From NCBI RefSeq assembly GCF_000981445.1, contig NC_027220.1:248001-312000 (forward strand): 64,000 bases of DNA. Direction: 5' to 3'. A program made the translations under genes and the position numbers. The notes under the pieces are model-generated. The model saw only the letters and a program-made list of their open reading frames with translations, was not told the DNA's origin and did no database searches. Below, piece by piece: positions 25,584 through 38,455 of the stretch. This stretch comes from Babesia bigemina (Eukaryota). How positions within the stretch are numbered: position 1 is the stretch's first letter; each line of letters starts with the position of its first letter.

Positions 25584-28207
25584 AGAGCGTCTTGTTGAAT
25601 TGCTTCGCGTACATCTCATACAGTTGCTCGCTGGTAGTGGCGTCGACCGGGGCCTTGTCATGTCGCAAGCGTATGAAACGCGGAAATCGCAACCCAATGC
25701 CCTGAACATCGTCAAAAGTGTATAATAAAGTAATTTCATACCTTCTTGCTCGGAGTGAAATCCTGTCCTGCCGTGTGAATCGGCGACAAGGAGAAGTCCG
25801 CGGCCTTGCATTCCCACACTCTCACCGGGAGGAACCACACGTCAGGTTCGATGCTCGCCGGCACGTCATATATCGCGGGCTTGTGGGCGACGATGTGCTC
25901 CTGCAGACCATCGTGCAGATCTGTTAGCATCTGGTCGTTGAAACCTGTGCCAGTCCTGCAGACGCTTTGATACACTTCGTGCACGGGGTCGTAGACTGCG
26001 AGGAGGAACGACCCGTAAACGCTTGTTCTCCTTCCCTGCAGCACGTTAGCGAAACGGGGTACGTAGAAACTCACAGTCCCTGAGAAAGCTGCGATTGGCA
26101 CGAGGTCAAGTGAGTCCCCCATGCCTTCAATATAATCCTTCTTGAATTTGAGCCAGTTATTGGTGCGTATCTGCGGCTCGTACGTCGCATCCTGGTGTAG
26201 ACTTTTTATCATTAGCCCCTCACACGAATCCGAGACCGCCTGGCGCAAGAAATCGTCAATCTCATCCAGGGAGTTCATGTCCTTGCGGCATGCGAAACTG
26301 AGTAGGTTCTTCCTCTCAGACACCGCCGATTCGAGCGCCGCGCGGCGTTCTGAAAGAGACTTAGTCACGAGGGACTCGCCGTTCAGGTAGAGAATGTCAA
26401 ACGGGAACATGCATACCGGGATGGATATGTCCTTCACGGACACGCCCTTACGCTTGCGAGTGGACAGCTGCTGAAAGGGCATTATCTTTCCGTTTTCCGG
26501 GTCATAAGCCACCACTTCAAGGTCAATTATGCAGTTCATCACCGTGGGCTTCACGCAGATGAGAAAACTCTCTATCACATCGGGGTATTTCTCGCAAATG
26601 TTTTCCATGCTGCGGCTGAAAATCCTCACCTTACGGCCCTCCATCATGTGCAGCTGAACACGCTCACCGTCATACTTGTACTCGCAAGTGAATGCCACTC
26701 CTGGCCCGCCGATGGCTGGCAGGATCTCCGCAGTCTTGCTGACGGGCTTCGCCAACATCGGGCTCACGGGAATCCCTGGCCGTATTTTGCAGTGCTCCAG
26801 CAGCTGTTGGCAGTTGTCCCCGTCCAGCAGGTGTCCAATAATTGTTTCGATGCAGGCCAGGTGCGTTGTCGCCGTTTTGACGGCCTTCTCCATTTCTTCA
26901 ATGGTATCGGCCTGCTTTATGCCAGCGGTACGTACGTCACCGATCGCCGGTTGGTCGCCCTTAGCAGCCTTCGTGAGATAAGTGGCGTCAGCGATGGACT
27001 GGAATAGCGTAATGGAGTTCACACCGACGCGTAACTTTTGCTGCAAAAACCGAACGATGTACTTAGCCTCTTTCTTCTTCGCGCATGCCAAAAGGCGCTT
27101 AATCCCGTTCTTTTTCCGCTCAACCGAATTCTTCCCTGATTCAGCGGCAAGAGCCTTGAATTGTTTGATGACGCCTTCTATGGTCAAGTCGGGGAGTCTC
27201 ACGATGGTTTGGGAGGTGCAGCTACTCATGCTAGCAACGATGCCTAGGTCCTCGTGCTTGGTCAACACTGAGAAGTAATTATAACATGATTTTTTAGCTG
27301 TAACATGCAAATGAACGTCACCTACTTTCTTTGATAGATTTTTCACTTTTGCCGTAGGATTCCGCCATTGCCTTCATCACCAGCACGTCGCCAACGCCGA
27401 TCTCCTCGCCCTCATACTCTGGCGCAATTCTGAGCATGGTAATAACCGCAAGCGCAAGTCTCACCTGTTGATCATGATGTAAACGCTGTGAATGACGTCG
27501 CTAGGGCTGTGGTAGATTAAGACGCGGAAGAAGTTCGACAAGATCGTGGACACGCATTTCCTACTACCCACGCCCGATCTGAACATGTCGTCAACCTCCT
27601 GCAATATCTCAGCCAAAAAGATGAACAACAGAGAATTCTGCTGGACGGAAGGGGGGTATTTGGGGATATATGGGCTTATGTCAAATAGGCTGGGGTCGAA
27701 CTTCGCCGACCTTATGTCGGCGCAGCCCTCGCCCGGCTTCATGGTCCTGTTGAACAGCGTACCAACGGCCGGTTCATCAGCGTCCACCTTCCTCTTGGGG
27801 CTTTTCTTGGGTTTCTTAGAGGCCTTCCCAACTTCAGCAGGGGCGCATTCACTGACCTGGCTGGCCACTGCACTGTCACCCACTGATTCGCTGGGATCAT
27901 CTGATCAGGTAATTCGCACAGATGCCGACTTTAACAAACCTTGGCTCCAAGAAAGGCCTTCATCGATCGTGGCTTCCTCCGTGGCATCTGAAACGGCTCC
28001 AATGCGCCTCTTGGGCGACGCTGCAGTTATGTCACAACCGGGTCCGTTGAGCCCCTCGTTACTAGAAGACCCATCATTGCGCGCCGGCACGGTCTGTTCT
28101 CCTGCAGGAGGCGAAGTTGGCGTGCTCCGAGCTGGATGCGGCTGCACCGCAAAGAATTGCCTGTAAACATGGGCGCTTCTCGAGATGCACACCTACTTGA
28201 TATTCAT
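25546..28207 (-). CDS. LIG1: ATP-dependent DNA ligase I
   Basis: [14 protein letters not shown] (adenylated Lys), [38 protein letters not shown]; multi-exon, start MNIKQFF at 28207, stop at 25546. Confidence 0.95.
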
Positions 28208-28550
28208 AGGTCCCGAAATTATCGACGACTGACTAAGTCTAAAACATTTACACGAATCGGAAAGCGCAGATACGAAAAAAATAAGAGCGAAGAGCCAAGC
28301 GGCGATACGACATCGCATGGAGTTTGCCTTCCTCAGTCGCAACGACAACACTGACCGACTCGCGCGACGTTGCCTGTTTGCGCGACTGAATAGGCTGTTT
28401 TATCACTGTGTGACTGTGTAACGAAGGGGTAACGGATGCCGAAGGTAGATTGCTGTGAGGCACGCAGTCCCATATATTGACCTTCTAACGGTTTGCCGCA
28501 GAAGACATCGTCGCAATTAAACAAAACATTACAAATAACATAGGGTTAAT

Positions 28551-29789
28551 TTATACTCGGTGCCTGTATATGAGTATTTTCATCCCCAACACCGCTATGC
28601 ACATAATGAGCAGAGCGATAACCGATATAACGATGAAGGCCGCATGGCTTTCCTCAAAACTGTTGACCACGTTCATTCCGAACAGTCCTGATGCACATTT
28701 ATTGAGTAACGTAGCCGCACACACCTGTTAAGCAGGCTCCAGCCCCGAACGCCGTGCTGAGAACGCTGCAAATGAGCTCGATACGCATCATCTCGTTTCT
28801 TTTAATAGCCAGGGCCACCGTTATGTGCTTCTCCAGCTCATTCAGAGAGGTGCCCAGTGTTCTGGAGCGACGCGCCATCTGCAGGAATTTAGCAAGGGTC
28901 ACATCTGCCATACCTGGTCCACCTCCTGGTCGAAGTACTCCATCAAGTTCTCCAAATCGCGGTTTACCGTCCGGTCCTCCTGCGAAGGCTGTTATAAACA
29001 TGCATATACACCTACGAAGCCTGTACGCAGCGTTTCAGGGCCGTAGAACAGCATGTGACTTTCGAATTCCAGCAGCTTCATGGAATCCTCGTCGTTGAGG
29101 TATTCGTCCATCATGTCTGTGAATCCTTTTAGAATCTCGCTCATGTTCACAACAGGCTGTTTCAGGTGGTGCAGAATCATGTTTATTTCCTGGTAGCGGC
29201 GCTTCTCGTGCACCATTTGCTCCACTACACGGAACTTCTCTTCGATTGCAGCCATGTCCCCCTCCAGGTTGTTCAAAGATGCCATGTAGCAACATTCCAA
29301 AATTTTAACTTCGAATGGCAGCGCCGAGTCCGCCGAAGCATCAACGTCATCGGATCCCCTGCCGCCATGCGTCGGTGGTGACCTGGAACTGTGCTCATTG
29401 TTGTGATACTCACGGGTGATGCTGCAGAGTGAGCGTAGGAAATCGTCTAGATTCATGTTCCCATTTGCAATGACCAGCACCGAATCATGCAATACGATTG
29501 CCGAAACCGGATACAGACGTACGAGGATGCATTCAAAGCGTGTGTCGATGTTTGCGATGTAGTCAGTATCCGACAACAACTGCTTGCAATCACGGTAGGT
29601 GATTAACCCATTCGGCTGAATGTCCGATACGCGACAGTTCTCTTTCACTCTAGAGAGAAGCTGTTGGCACGTAAACTCGTTCATACACATCTCCCCATGG
29701 CGGATCTCGATGACCAAGTGTTTGCTGTTTAAAACAGGCGCGTGCAGCAACGCGCTGCTGGCAAGTGGTACACCCCTAAGGGCAACCAT
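28551..29789 (-). CDS. CorA/MRS2-like Mg2+ transporter
   Basis: LPFEVKILE, RNEMMRIEL, two C-terminal TM helices with GLFGMN signature in the last exon; start codon uncertain. Confidence 0.82.
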
Positions 29790-29958
29790 AGTGTAGAGGC
29801 GCTATATTCGGTTAGTTTTCTTACTGTGTTGCCAATAAATCCATGCGCTGGGGCGCAGGCTGGCCACCTGCGTAGCGAACGTGTGTCACCGCGACCTACC
29901 TTATGAGTAGACAAAACCTAGAAAATTATAGAATACTTCGCGTTAGCTAAAATGATTT

Positions 29959-30609
29959 CTAATCATCTTCAAACAGGTTATCGCCTGTAAGTGTGCCCAC
30001 TGCATACTCAGTCTCATCCGGTGTCTCTTCGACAGCGTCGATGATCCTTTTGCTGCGTTTCCCACCACCTATGGCCGAAAATGCAGCCGATGCCAGCTCC
30101 GGATCGATTGAAAACGACTTGGTTGTGCTGTCTTCTTCTCTTGAGCGCTTAACTGCATCCTCCGGTGTCGCGTCGTCCGCCGCCGGGGTGCTTATGTCGG
30201 CGCGGGGCGCTTCATTCTCCGCCTGTGCTTTAGTCGCGACAGTTTTACCTTGTATTGTTCCTTGTGTGCTCGGTGTGTCCACCGAGTTTTTCTTCGGTGG
30301 AAGTGTGTCGCTACGTTGACCCTCGCGACAAGAGTCCATCCACAGAGCGTACACATCCACGGCCTCATCTAGCACCGTGACGCGAGTTGAAAACTTGACG
30401 CCGCAGATCCGGCAACTTAAGAAGCCGACACCGGACTGGTTATCGCTGGAAAGGTTGACATTAAGAACATGTGATACCTACATCTTTATCGCAACAGATT
30501 TCTCATGCTGGCAGTAATAGCACAAGAATTCTTTGTCGAGTTTGCCACGACGCTTTTGCATTAATTGTGCCCGGCTCAACTGAACCTTCTTTGTCTTCCG
30601 TTTCGCCAT
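29959..30609 (-). CDS. ELF1: Transcription elongation factor ELF1/ELOF1 homolog with long low-complexity acidic tail
   Basis: MAKRKTKK...[17 protein letters not shown]...CRICGVKF...[15 protein letters not shown]; 36-nt intron 30446-30481. Confidence 0.88.
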
Positions 30610-30941
30610 CTTGCCTAAAAAAATTGCAGGTGGTCAAGCATCAAAGCTTGACTGTATTAAACAAAAATGTCATATGTACACAATAATTAATATGATCTTG
30701 TGTCAGGCGGTGGCTGAAGCAGTCGGCCGTCACGAATTCGGAAGACACGCCTCACTGGAGGAATGCATAACTGTCAAGTGGCTCACAGTACCCAAACTCT
30801 GACACAAATGGGTCATTCTTATTAAATATTAAATCCTCTGTTAGATTATATAGCGTGCAGTGGTAGGTATATACCGTATAAGTAAGCGACGGCAGTGGAA
30901 CTCACGCGTACTGTACGACGGGTGTTTCACCGCTAACATTG

Positions 30942-31641
30942 ATGCCGATGGCAACGCTGCAGCAACATGTTGAGGAACTTATCGCAAATAATCGTGACCG
31001 TTGCAGGCACGTGGATTTTGTGGTAGGCGGTGGTTGCAGCAATCCTAAAATCTGTGTAGAAGGTGCCATGTAGAGCAACTTGTCCATTGCCAGGAATGGC
31101 CTTCTTATGTCCCAAGGCGCAGGAAGAATCGCGAGCCGACGACGAGGTACGTTGTTCTACTGTGGTTTCGTCACTTGCAGCTGCTGCCGGATGATGAGTT
31201 GGAATTACGCTTCTTTTACGCGAAGCATCTCTACCGAGCTGGGCTCTGCAAAATCAGCTTCCCTGCCTACTACAAGGACGCCGGAGCGCTGCTAGCCGAA
31301 GCCACGGCCACCGCAGTGGGCAACCTCTCCCCGCTGTACTTCCAACTTGGATACGAGCTCTGCGACCTGTGAGTTACCGACCTCCCCACCGATAAGCCTT
31401 GTGCAGGCTGCCCGAGAGCGAGTGGCCCGTTGACAACCTGCGCAACGTACTAAAGGAGGCGGAGTGCAAGCGCAGGGCGTACCTGCTGCGCCGCAGCGAA
31501 ACGTGCGACGACACCTTCCTCATGGGACTCACACTCAGCGAGCGGAAACTACACAACGTGGTCATGCACGGAGACAGCAACGCACTCATAACACCAGCGA
31601 ACACCCGCAACATCGCAAACTTTTACGGGCTACAAGTGTAA
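30942..31641 (+). CDS. PSF3: GINS complex subunit Psf3
   Basis: Spliced frame [16 protein letters not shown]...[12 protein letters not shown]...P.YY...[18 protein letters not shown]...[13 protein letters not shown], matching the Psf3 pattern; three short introns. Confidence 0.7.
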
Positions 31642-31694
31642 TTTAAAAATGGCAACTGAGTCCGTAATGGCGTGTTCCAACAAGTGTTTCATGT

Positions 31695-33243
31695 CTACTC
31701 CGCAGCCATAGACATTGCGGCCATCCTTTTCGGATGGATGACAGAAATGTAAACTAAAGTCGCACTCAGCGTGCAGGCAAGTCCCATGTATCCCTGCGAA
31801 CCTTGTGTAACTATTACTGAGGTAACCTACCATAAAGACATACGCCAGGGGGCGGAAGCTTTGCTCAGGTATCTCCGCCTTCAGAGTCAACCCCCAGTTG
31901 TAAAGCGGTATGTTAATCAGTGAGACTAGACCAGCGACGCCAAAAATTATGGTCACCAATGTACCGAAGTATTGCGACGGGAATCTTGTGTTGACGTAAC
32001 AATACACTGTCGATACACATAATGAACCTGCCAGCAGATAGCAGCAGCAGGCAGCAATCTTCATTGCGTAAATGTCAAACGCCGCACAGGCGTAATAAAG
32101 TACAGTGCACGAGTGCAAGAAGTTCATCACAATAGCCGGGCCGACTTTGTCCATTACGGCGCCCAAGAAGGGTGCAGGCACGAATGTGGCTATATTAATA
32201 TACTTGAAAATTCCGGTAGCGTCACCACCGTGTCCGGACGCCACCAATAGATTACCTTGAGATTTGTTGATGAATTCAATGGACGGCATGAAGAAACACA
32301 CTGAGAATCCCAAAATGACAAACTCCAACAGGAACGGACTCTTAAGCCCGTTTTTAATGCGATCCATGACGGACAAACTTTTCTTGTCCTCGGATTCTGC
32401 AACTGCTGAATCCGTTACAACTTCGCATGCAGGAGTGGACCCCGTTTCGGTCCGTGCATTCTTTTCAGAGGGGGCAACAGGAATCACTTTCGGGATAACA
32501 AATAACCCAGAAACGAAACATAGCACATTCGCGACCAGGAGATAACCGATACCTATGGCAAACAACATCTTCTTTTCGACATTGCCCAAGTGGTATATCC
32601 AAGCTAACAACGTCGGCACGAAGTATGAAAGCGAACGGCACGATCCCATGATTGCAATCACAGTGGAAGAGCCATTCGGGAAGTACTTGCTCACCGATAA
32701 CATGGGAATGTAGCAAGCTTCACAGAACAGGCCAACGAGCACGAAGGCGACCTGCAACAAACGGCCGTTGGTCGGAAAACAGAAAATGAGGAGCCATGCC
32801 GCCGCGGAGAAAAAGTGGCCCACTAAGAAACAAATACGAGGTCCAAAACGATCCAACAGCCATCCGCTGAAGAAAGAGCAGATGAAGTGGGTGGAATAAG
32901 CCAGCGTGTACAGGTTGTTTATCCCACCAGCCCTGGCTGGGCAGTCTGAAAAAAGTTAGTGCACAATATAAAGTAACATACCAATGTATTGTGCATTGTA
33001 CAGAACCTTTTGGGTTACTTCCGTGCTACCGTTGCATAACTCCTCAAAAGCACCAGCCTTGTAGAGAATCTCTTGGATGCCATTCCATCCCCAGTAAATG
33101 CAACCAGAACTAAGAATATAGTAAATGTATATGAACAACCGGAAGAAAGGGTTGATGTGTGGTGCCGGCATATCAGCTGGGTCAACCGTTGCAAAACGGC
33201 ATTTCCTCCCGCTGCCCCCTTCGTTGTTTAATGTCGACGCCAT
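31695..33243 (-). CDS. Apicomplexan amino-acid transporter (ApiAT/NPT family MFS)
   Basis: P.INP...YI..SGCIYWGWNG.QEILYKAGAF..LC N-terminal signature, G..LDRFGPR, G.VMDKVG, FPSQYFGTL; about 12 TM; introns near 32948-33006 and 31794-31830. Confidence 0.82.
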
Positions 33244-34116
33244 TCTGTTCGTAGAATGGGTGATTCGAGGGATTCAGTACCCTCATATAATTTCTAATAC
33301 TACTGTAAAAATATCGCTATGGTAAGCTGCTAGGCAGCAAATGTTTCAGCTACTGAAGATAACCATTCTGGCACATCGTATGGGGCATAAGCGCGTCCGG
33401 GGAGCCATGTGTAAGCCCACAACTGCTGTGGGCGTGCACGTTTTGCGGGCAATACTAGTGTTTCGATCATTTAAATGCTATATGTGTATGTTATTCGAAA
33501 TTAATGGGGTTTAAACGTGACTCTTACCCATTATATGGCTGCGTCGTTGTATGTCTATACACATGAGTTCACCGGTCGCTCAATGTCTGAATGAATTACA
33601 ATGCACATGCATAGTAACTTGCTGTGGCGTGTGACGTTTGTGTTGATGGAGTCAGTGGACCCGCTGGAGGCCCGGGTCAGCCGAATAAGAGCAGAAGCAC
33701 TTTACACATTTTCGCCGTCGTCTTCCTGCCGGCATCAATGGCGATATCATGTCGATGCATACACCGGAATGCAGTGTCAACAACGCCGCATGTGTAACTT
33801 CTATATTTCATATGGTCGCTAAATCGCCGAGGGCGCAGCGCTAACACGGCGTGGTCATTAGTGAACCGGTTACAGATATATATATTTATACAGATCACAT
33901 TATTAGAAATAGCGGTACTCACTGAGCTATTTTCCGTTAGAAATGCGGATGGCATGCTTAAGGTGCTCGCCTTGATGTGATGCCGCAGGACCACCGCTTC
34001 CGTTATTAACGGGCGAAATACCACATTCCACATTTTACGTCATCAAGGCAGTGGTAGCTCAACCAGCTGTAAGGCGATTGTCGCGCACAGGGCGGCCCGT
34101 AGCATGACTTCGCCAC

Positions 34117-34879
34117 ATGACTACCATAGCAAGGAAGCGCCTCGCCCAGGAACGGGCCGACTGGAGGCGGGACCACCCGATTGGATTCTCGGCCAAGTAC
34201 TCGCCGCTGCCGGACGGAAGCGGGCTGGATATCATGAATTGGATATGTAAGATACCCGGCAAAAAGGTCAGGATTGTGATTGTGCTTGGTGAACGTGTTG
34301 TCTAACCACAGCACTTCATTTTCCATTGCCTCCGTTATCTCGACGTAATATTCAAGCTTCGCAGGGGACGATTTGGGAGGGCGGGGAGTACACCCTTACA
34401 ATGGAATTCACGGACGACTATCCCAGCAAACCGCCCAAGTGCAAATTTACCCCGGTGCTCTTCCACCCCAACGTCTATCCCTCGGGCACGGTGTGCCTCT
34501 CCATTCTGAACGAGGACAAGGATTGGAAGCCGTCAATCACCATCAAACAGATTCTACTCGGCATACAGGTAATTGAGCCGTTTGCGTACCGGTCATGCCC
34601 GTATTCGTGACGTGACGATGGCCATTTTACGGGAACTGCCGGCTCCGATGAAGTCAAGACTCGGTTCCCTTTTTATGATGTATTACATGTACGCATTCCT
34701 TTAAATCCATCTTGCATCGCTTATATGCGTTTACAAGCGTGCAGGATCTCCTGGACAATCCAAATCCGCTGTCTCCAGCTCAAGCTGACCCTTACATGCT
34801 CTTTGTCAACAATCGAGAGCAGTATAACGCCAGAGTGCGCAAGCAGGCACTGGAAAACCGGCCCACTGATTTCAACTGA
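34117..34879 (+). CDS. UBC9: SUMO-conjugating enzyme UBC9
   Basis: [58 protein letters not shown]; introns 34267-34364 and 34569-34744. Confidence 0.96.
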
Positions 34880-35995
34880 CCTCTCCTCAGTCTACACCTT
34901 AACGCTAACGTGCTAAACTCTGGCATTCAACAATTAATGGTCAGTACAATCAATGTTGTTATTCCGTGTTCAGATAGCGTTGTTGTTGTGTTCATGCGTT
35001 TTTCGTACGCTAATGATTGAACTTTCACATTACGTTGATAAATTGACACAGGCAGTCTAAGAGTACTGCCAGGTTAGTAGATGTAGAAGGGGATTATGAG
35101 GTGATAGGTTTCGAATCCTTGAAGTAGCTACGTGTGTTTGTAGAAAACTGCTTAAATTTAACAGTCGTGGTCTTTTGAATGTCTAAATGATCAAACCAAC
35201 GGATCGCATGAAGATAAAAAGGTCTACGAATATAAAGTCATCATTCCATGGCCCGCTTAACAACCAACACCTAGCAGTCTATCATTAGCGTGGCTTCAAG
35301 TGGTAATGTGCTAAGAGTGGCATGGGCGTATTTTTCTTACGTTCGAGGCTCACAGTAGCGAATGCAACGTGATGTTGGATCCGTGGCAAGAACCCCGCGG
35401 TTGATATACGTTTTGGTGTCACTCATGAAGAAGTGTACTACCGCGTGGCATGTAAACGACTCATCGGACGCATAAACATTAGACTAACTTAAGTAAAACC
35501 ATATAATCCGTGCCCATCGGGATAAGGAACTGAATGTCCGTTCAGAAACGTCACTACCATACGTCATATAGTCAAGTGGGGATGCTTACGCGTTTGTAGG
35601 CCCTCAACTGTTCAGGTTTTCAATATTTCGGTAACCGTACGACGATGAACTTCTCCAAGGCAGTGATGACCGCTCAACTGCCTAAAAGATTTAAGAAGTA
35701 TGCATCGTAATTAATTCATTCACAGGTGCCATGTCTCTCGTACAGTATGGTTAGAACGTAGCCTGTTTCAACACGACCCCAGCAGATTGCTTGGGCGCGA
35801 TTAAAGATACGTCGATACCTGTGATTGACCCTACAAGGAGTCAGTAAAGTGAATGAAAATTATACTGATTAAACACGCGATATCCGCATCGATAGACTAT
35901 TATTGTCTCAATAGGGTTTGTATACCTCTCTACGTGACCGCAGGCGCAGAATGTGTTCTGTTGAGCTCTTTTTAGTACTAATCTGCTATCCCAAC

Positions 35996-36757
35996 TCAGT
36001 AGAAAGCCCAAAATCCAGCGAAGTCGTAGATGGCGTCCAATGCGTGTCCATTAATACCCCTCAAGGCAGTGACTATATCAGAAGCGCCAAGTTTAGGGCG
36101 GAGTCTACTCTCTTCGTAGCCCATGGCGCTCATCACCTCTTCCAAGTGCGCCGCAGCCTTAGATTTCGGTCCCTTGCTGGCTGCATCCGCACCAGACTCT
36201 TTCAGGGCACGTAGACCTGCGTAGAGCATCGGGGCAATGCCCACGAAAACCTTTGCGCAACCTTCCGGGTAGCTCGCGCATGACGAATCCCATGTCGCCT
36301 TTGGACTGTAAGTAGACCTGTACTTGTCACTGTGTTGGACTTTCTTCAAGAAGTTCTCACATCCATCCACAAGCTTGCGCACGTCCGTTGTGATGTCTGC
36401 AGGACTGGTGTGCCTGGCCTGAACAACGTTTTGGAAATCGCATTCCTTGACAAGGCCAAACAATTTAGAAAACGTAGAGGGTTGCTTATCCAAAGGTTTG
36501 TTGTAACGTTCTAGCAGTTCTTGGATGAACGGTTGGTCCTTAAGCGCCTCCTGCTCCAGGAACCTCTTAGTAAAAATTTTGCCATCCTCGATAGATGGGT
36601 ACACCTTGAAACCAACAGGGTGCTCTGAAAGCACCTTGTGGATTGCAGCACCAAAGGCCTTCAAATTGCCAAAAGCATTAGTGCCCTTCAGGGCCACCAA
36701 CCAGTCAATGGCATCTTTGACGTTGCGCGGAGTTGTAGTCAACGAGTGGAACGTCAT
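35996..36757 (-). CDS. Short ves-related (VESA N-terminal-like) lineage-specific protein, 253 aa
   Basis: N-terminal SLT..PRNVKDAIDWLVALKG resembles the P.NLKEAIDW start of Babesia VESA proteins; Y.STYS..ATW...C...PE.CAKVFVGIAPMLY.GL motif; ends YDFAGFWAFY. Confidence 0.7.
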   Translation of the reverse strand: MTFHSLTTTPRNVKDAIDWLVALKGTNAFGNLKAFGAAIHKVLSEHPVGFKVYPSIEDGKIFTKRFLEQEALKDQPFIQELLERYNKPLDKQPSTFSKLFGLVKECDFQNVVQARHTSPADITTDVRKLVDGCENFLKKVQHSDKYRSTYSPKATWDSSCASYPEGCAKVFVGIAPMLYAGLRALKESGADAASKGPKSKAAAHLEEVMSAMGYEESRLRPKLGASDIVTALRGINGHALDAIYDFAGFWAFY

Positions 36758-38455
36758 TTTGGATCGATTTCTCACGTTAGGCTGCCGCTGTACAGCTAAG
36801 AATCTCGTGTCTATTACGGGCGGGTACGCAATCAGCTGCGTATCTACTTTACGAAGTGCACTAGGGCTGCTTACATACAATGTAGACGCTGCTAAGTGCT
36901 ATTTACGACGCTGTCTGCAAGGCGCGTGTGGATAAAACGGACGCCTGGGTATCCAGCCGCAGCCAGGTTCATACCAAAAATCTGGCATGCAGTATCCAAA
37001 GCGCATGTCATTGTCGTATCCACGATTCAGTCAACAAGGCACACATTGCATCATTGTACATTTGTACAGTTGAGCGGTACAACTTTTGTGGCTTTAGAAT
37101 GCGTTGCGAGCATCACATTACACAGTACATGCTGTACCGTCTTCACTATTGGGTCGTAGGAATTTCTGGAGCCCAGCAGCACAACCATTTACAGCGCGTT
37201 GCTTCGCTACCAACTCAATCACTTATGTGACGTATTGCAGTAGTTCATTGGGGATAACAATCGGGTGGCATAATGGACGCCGTCCCGGGTTAAGATAAGA
37301 TAGTAATGCCATAAAGCCTTAAGCCGTATTGCTGCGGCTGTCCGTCAACGCTCGGGAGGCAGCAATCCGGGCACCGACGGGGTGCGGCAACCGCGGCCTG
37401 GAGCCGGATACCAACCCCATGGTACCTAGTTTATGCTGCGAGGCGCACCCCATAATTTGGCGCATGCGTGTCTCTGTATTGCTAACTTGGCAATGCTTTA
37501 TTGCGACCTGCAGGTTGTCAACGGAAAGGTGTATCATGAGTCAAGGTGGCCCCGTATTACTGCCTTCGTTGCCCCAATCGCTGCGCTCTTAACATTTACG
37601 GTACCGAACTTTCACCTCACAACAACGCCATTCAGGCGTGGTTTGGGCACCCTCCATTGATAAGTACAATCGTGCGTGAGACCGTCGTGCACTTAGTTGT
37701 CAGCGTTATACAACGGAACATCGTCGTTCGTTGTAGCTGCTACCACCCCAATACCTGTGAAGTTACAATCATTAAGGGGCTTTCAGCTGTCATAGGGTGT
37801 TCAGTAACCTGTCATACTCGTTCCGTAGGCTGCGTTCACGTTGTCGGGTTTTGTGTAGCGCCATATGACGTGGCATTTGCCTTTTTTATCGTGTTATAAA
37901 GCGGTGGTCCACGTTTATGGGTTACATGATGCCCAGAAAGTTTTAATTCGCCAGTACCAGTACATAAATAAAGTTTTGAAACGATTTATTGTAAGATGAT
38001 GTTAAGATAATAAAGCGAACGGCCGTTCCTGATTTCATTTCCAATAGCGGAGCTAGAGTGCGACGTTACTGTCATAGTTGCTTACAAACGTTATTGGTGT
38101 TGCTTCAGTGTATTAATACGTTTTGCATGTCATCCGTTGTAACGTGTTAAGGACATTACCGACGTTACAACATGTCAGCAAAATTTCTAGCATATGTGGC
38201 CCATATTGTCCTTACTAGCAGCAATAATTTTTTGAGGTTGTGCACTGAGGTTGTATTTAACATCACGCGTTTGACTATAACTATCGCTGCATACTCTATT
38301 CGACTGACGTGGCAATATGGATTTGATCTTGCGAACACAACTATGACGCAAAAGGAGAAATCGATGCCTATACGCGAATATACCAATGAAAGAAACCAGT
38401 AAAGAATGCAAATTAATTACTGCAATCTACCGACGAAATATCGCCAATGATGTAC

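Noticed and set aside
28541..28547. TAGGGTT telomere/telobox-like words (also ~35912)
   Set aside because: Single 7-mers, not arrayed; expected by chance.
31630..31694. ORF-track overlap between the ApiAT ORF and Psf3
   Set aside because: Artefact of an unspliced last intron; the spliced ApiAT stops at 31695, 53 bp from the Psf3 stop.
36758..36880. 41-aa N-terminal extension of the ves-like ORF
   Set aside because: Family-like sequence starts at MTFHSL (36757), and the extension has no targeting character.
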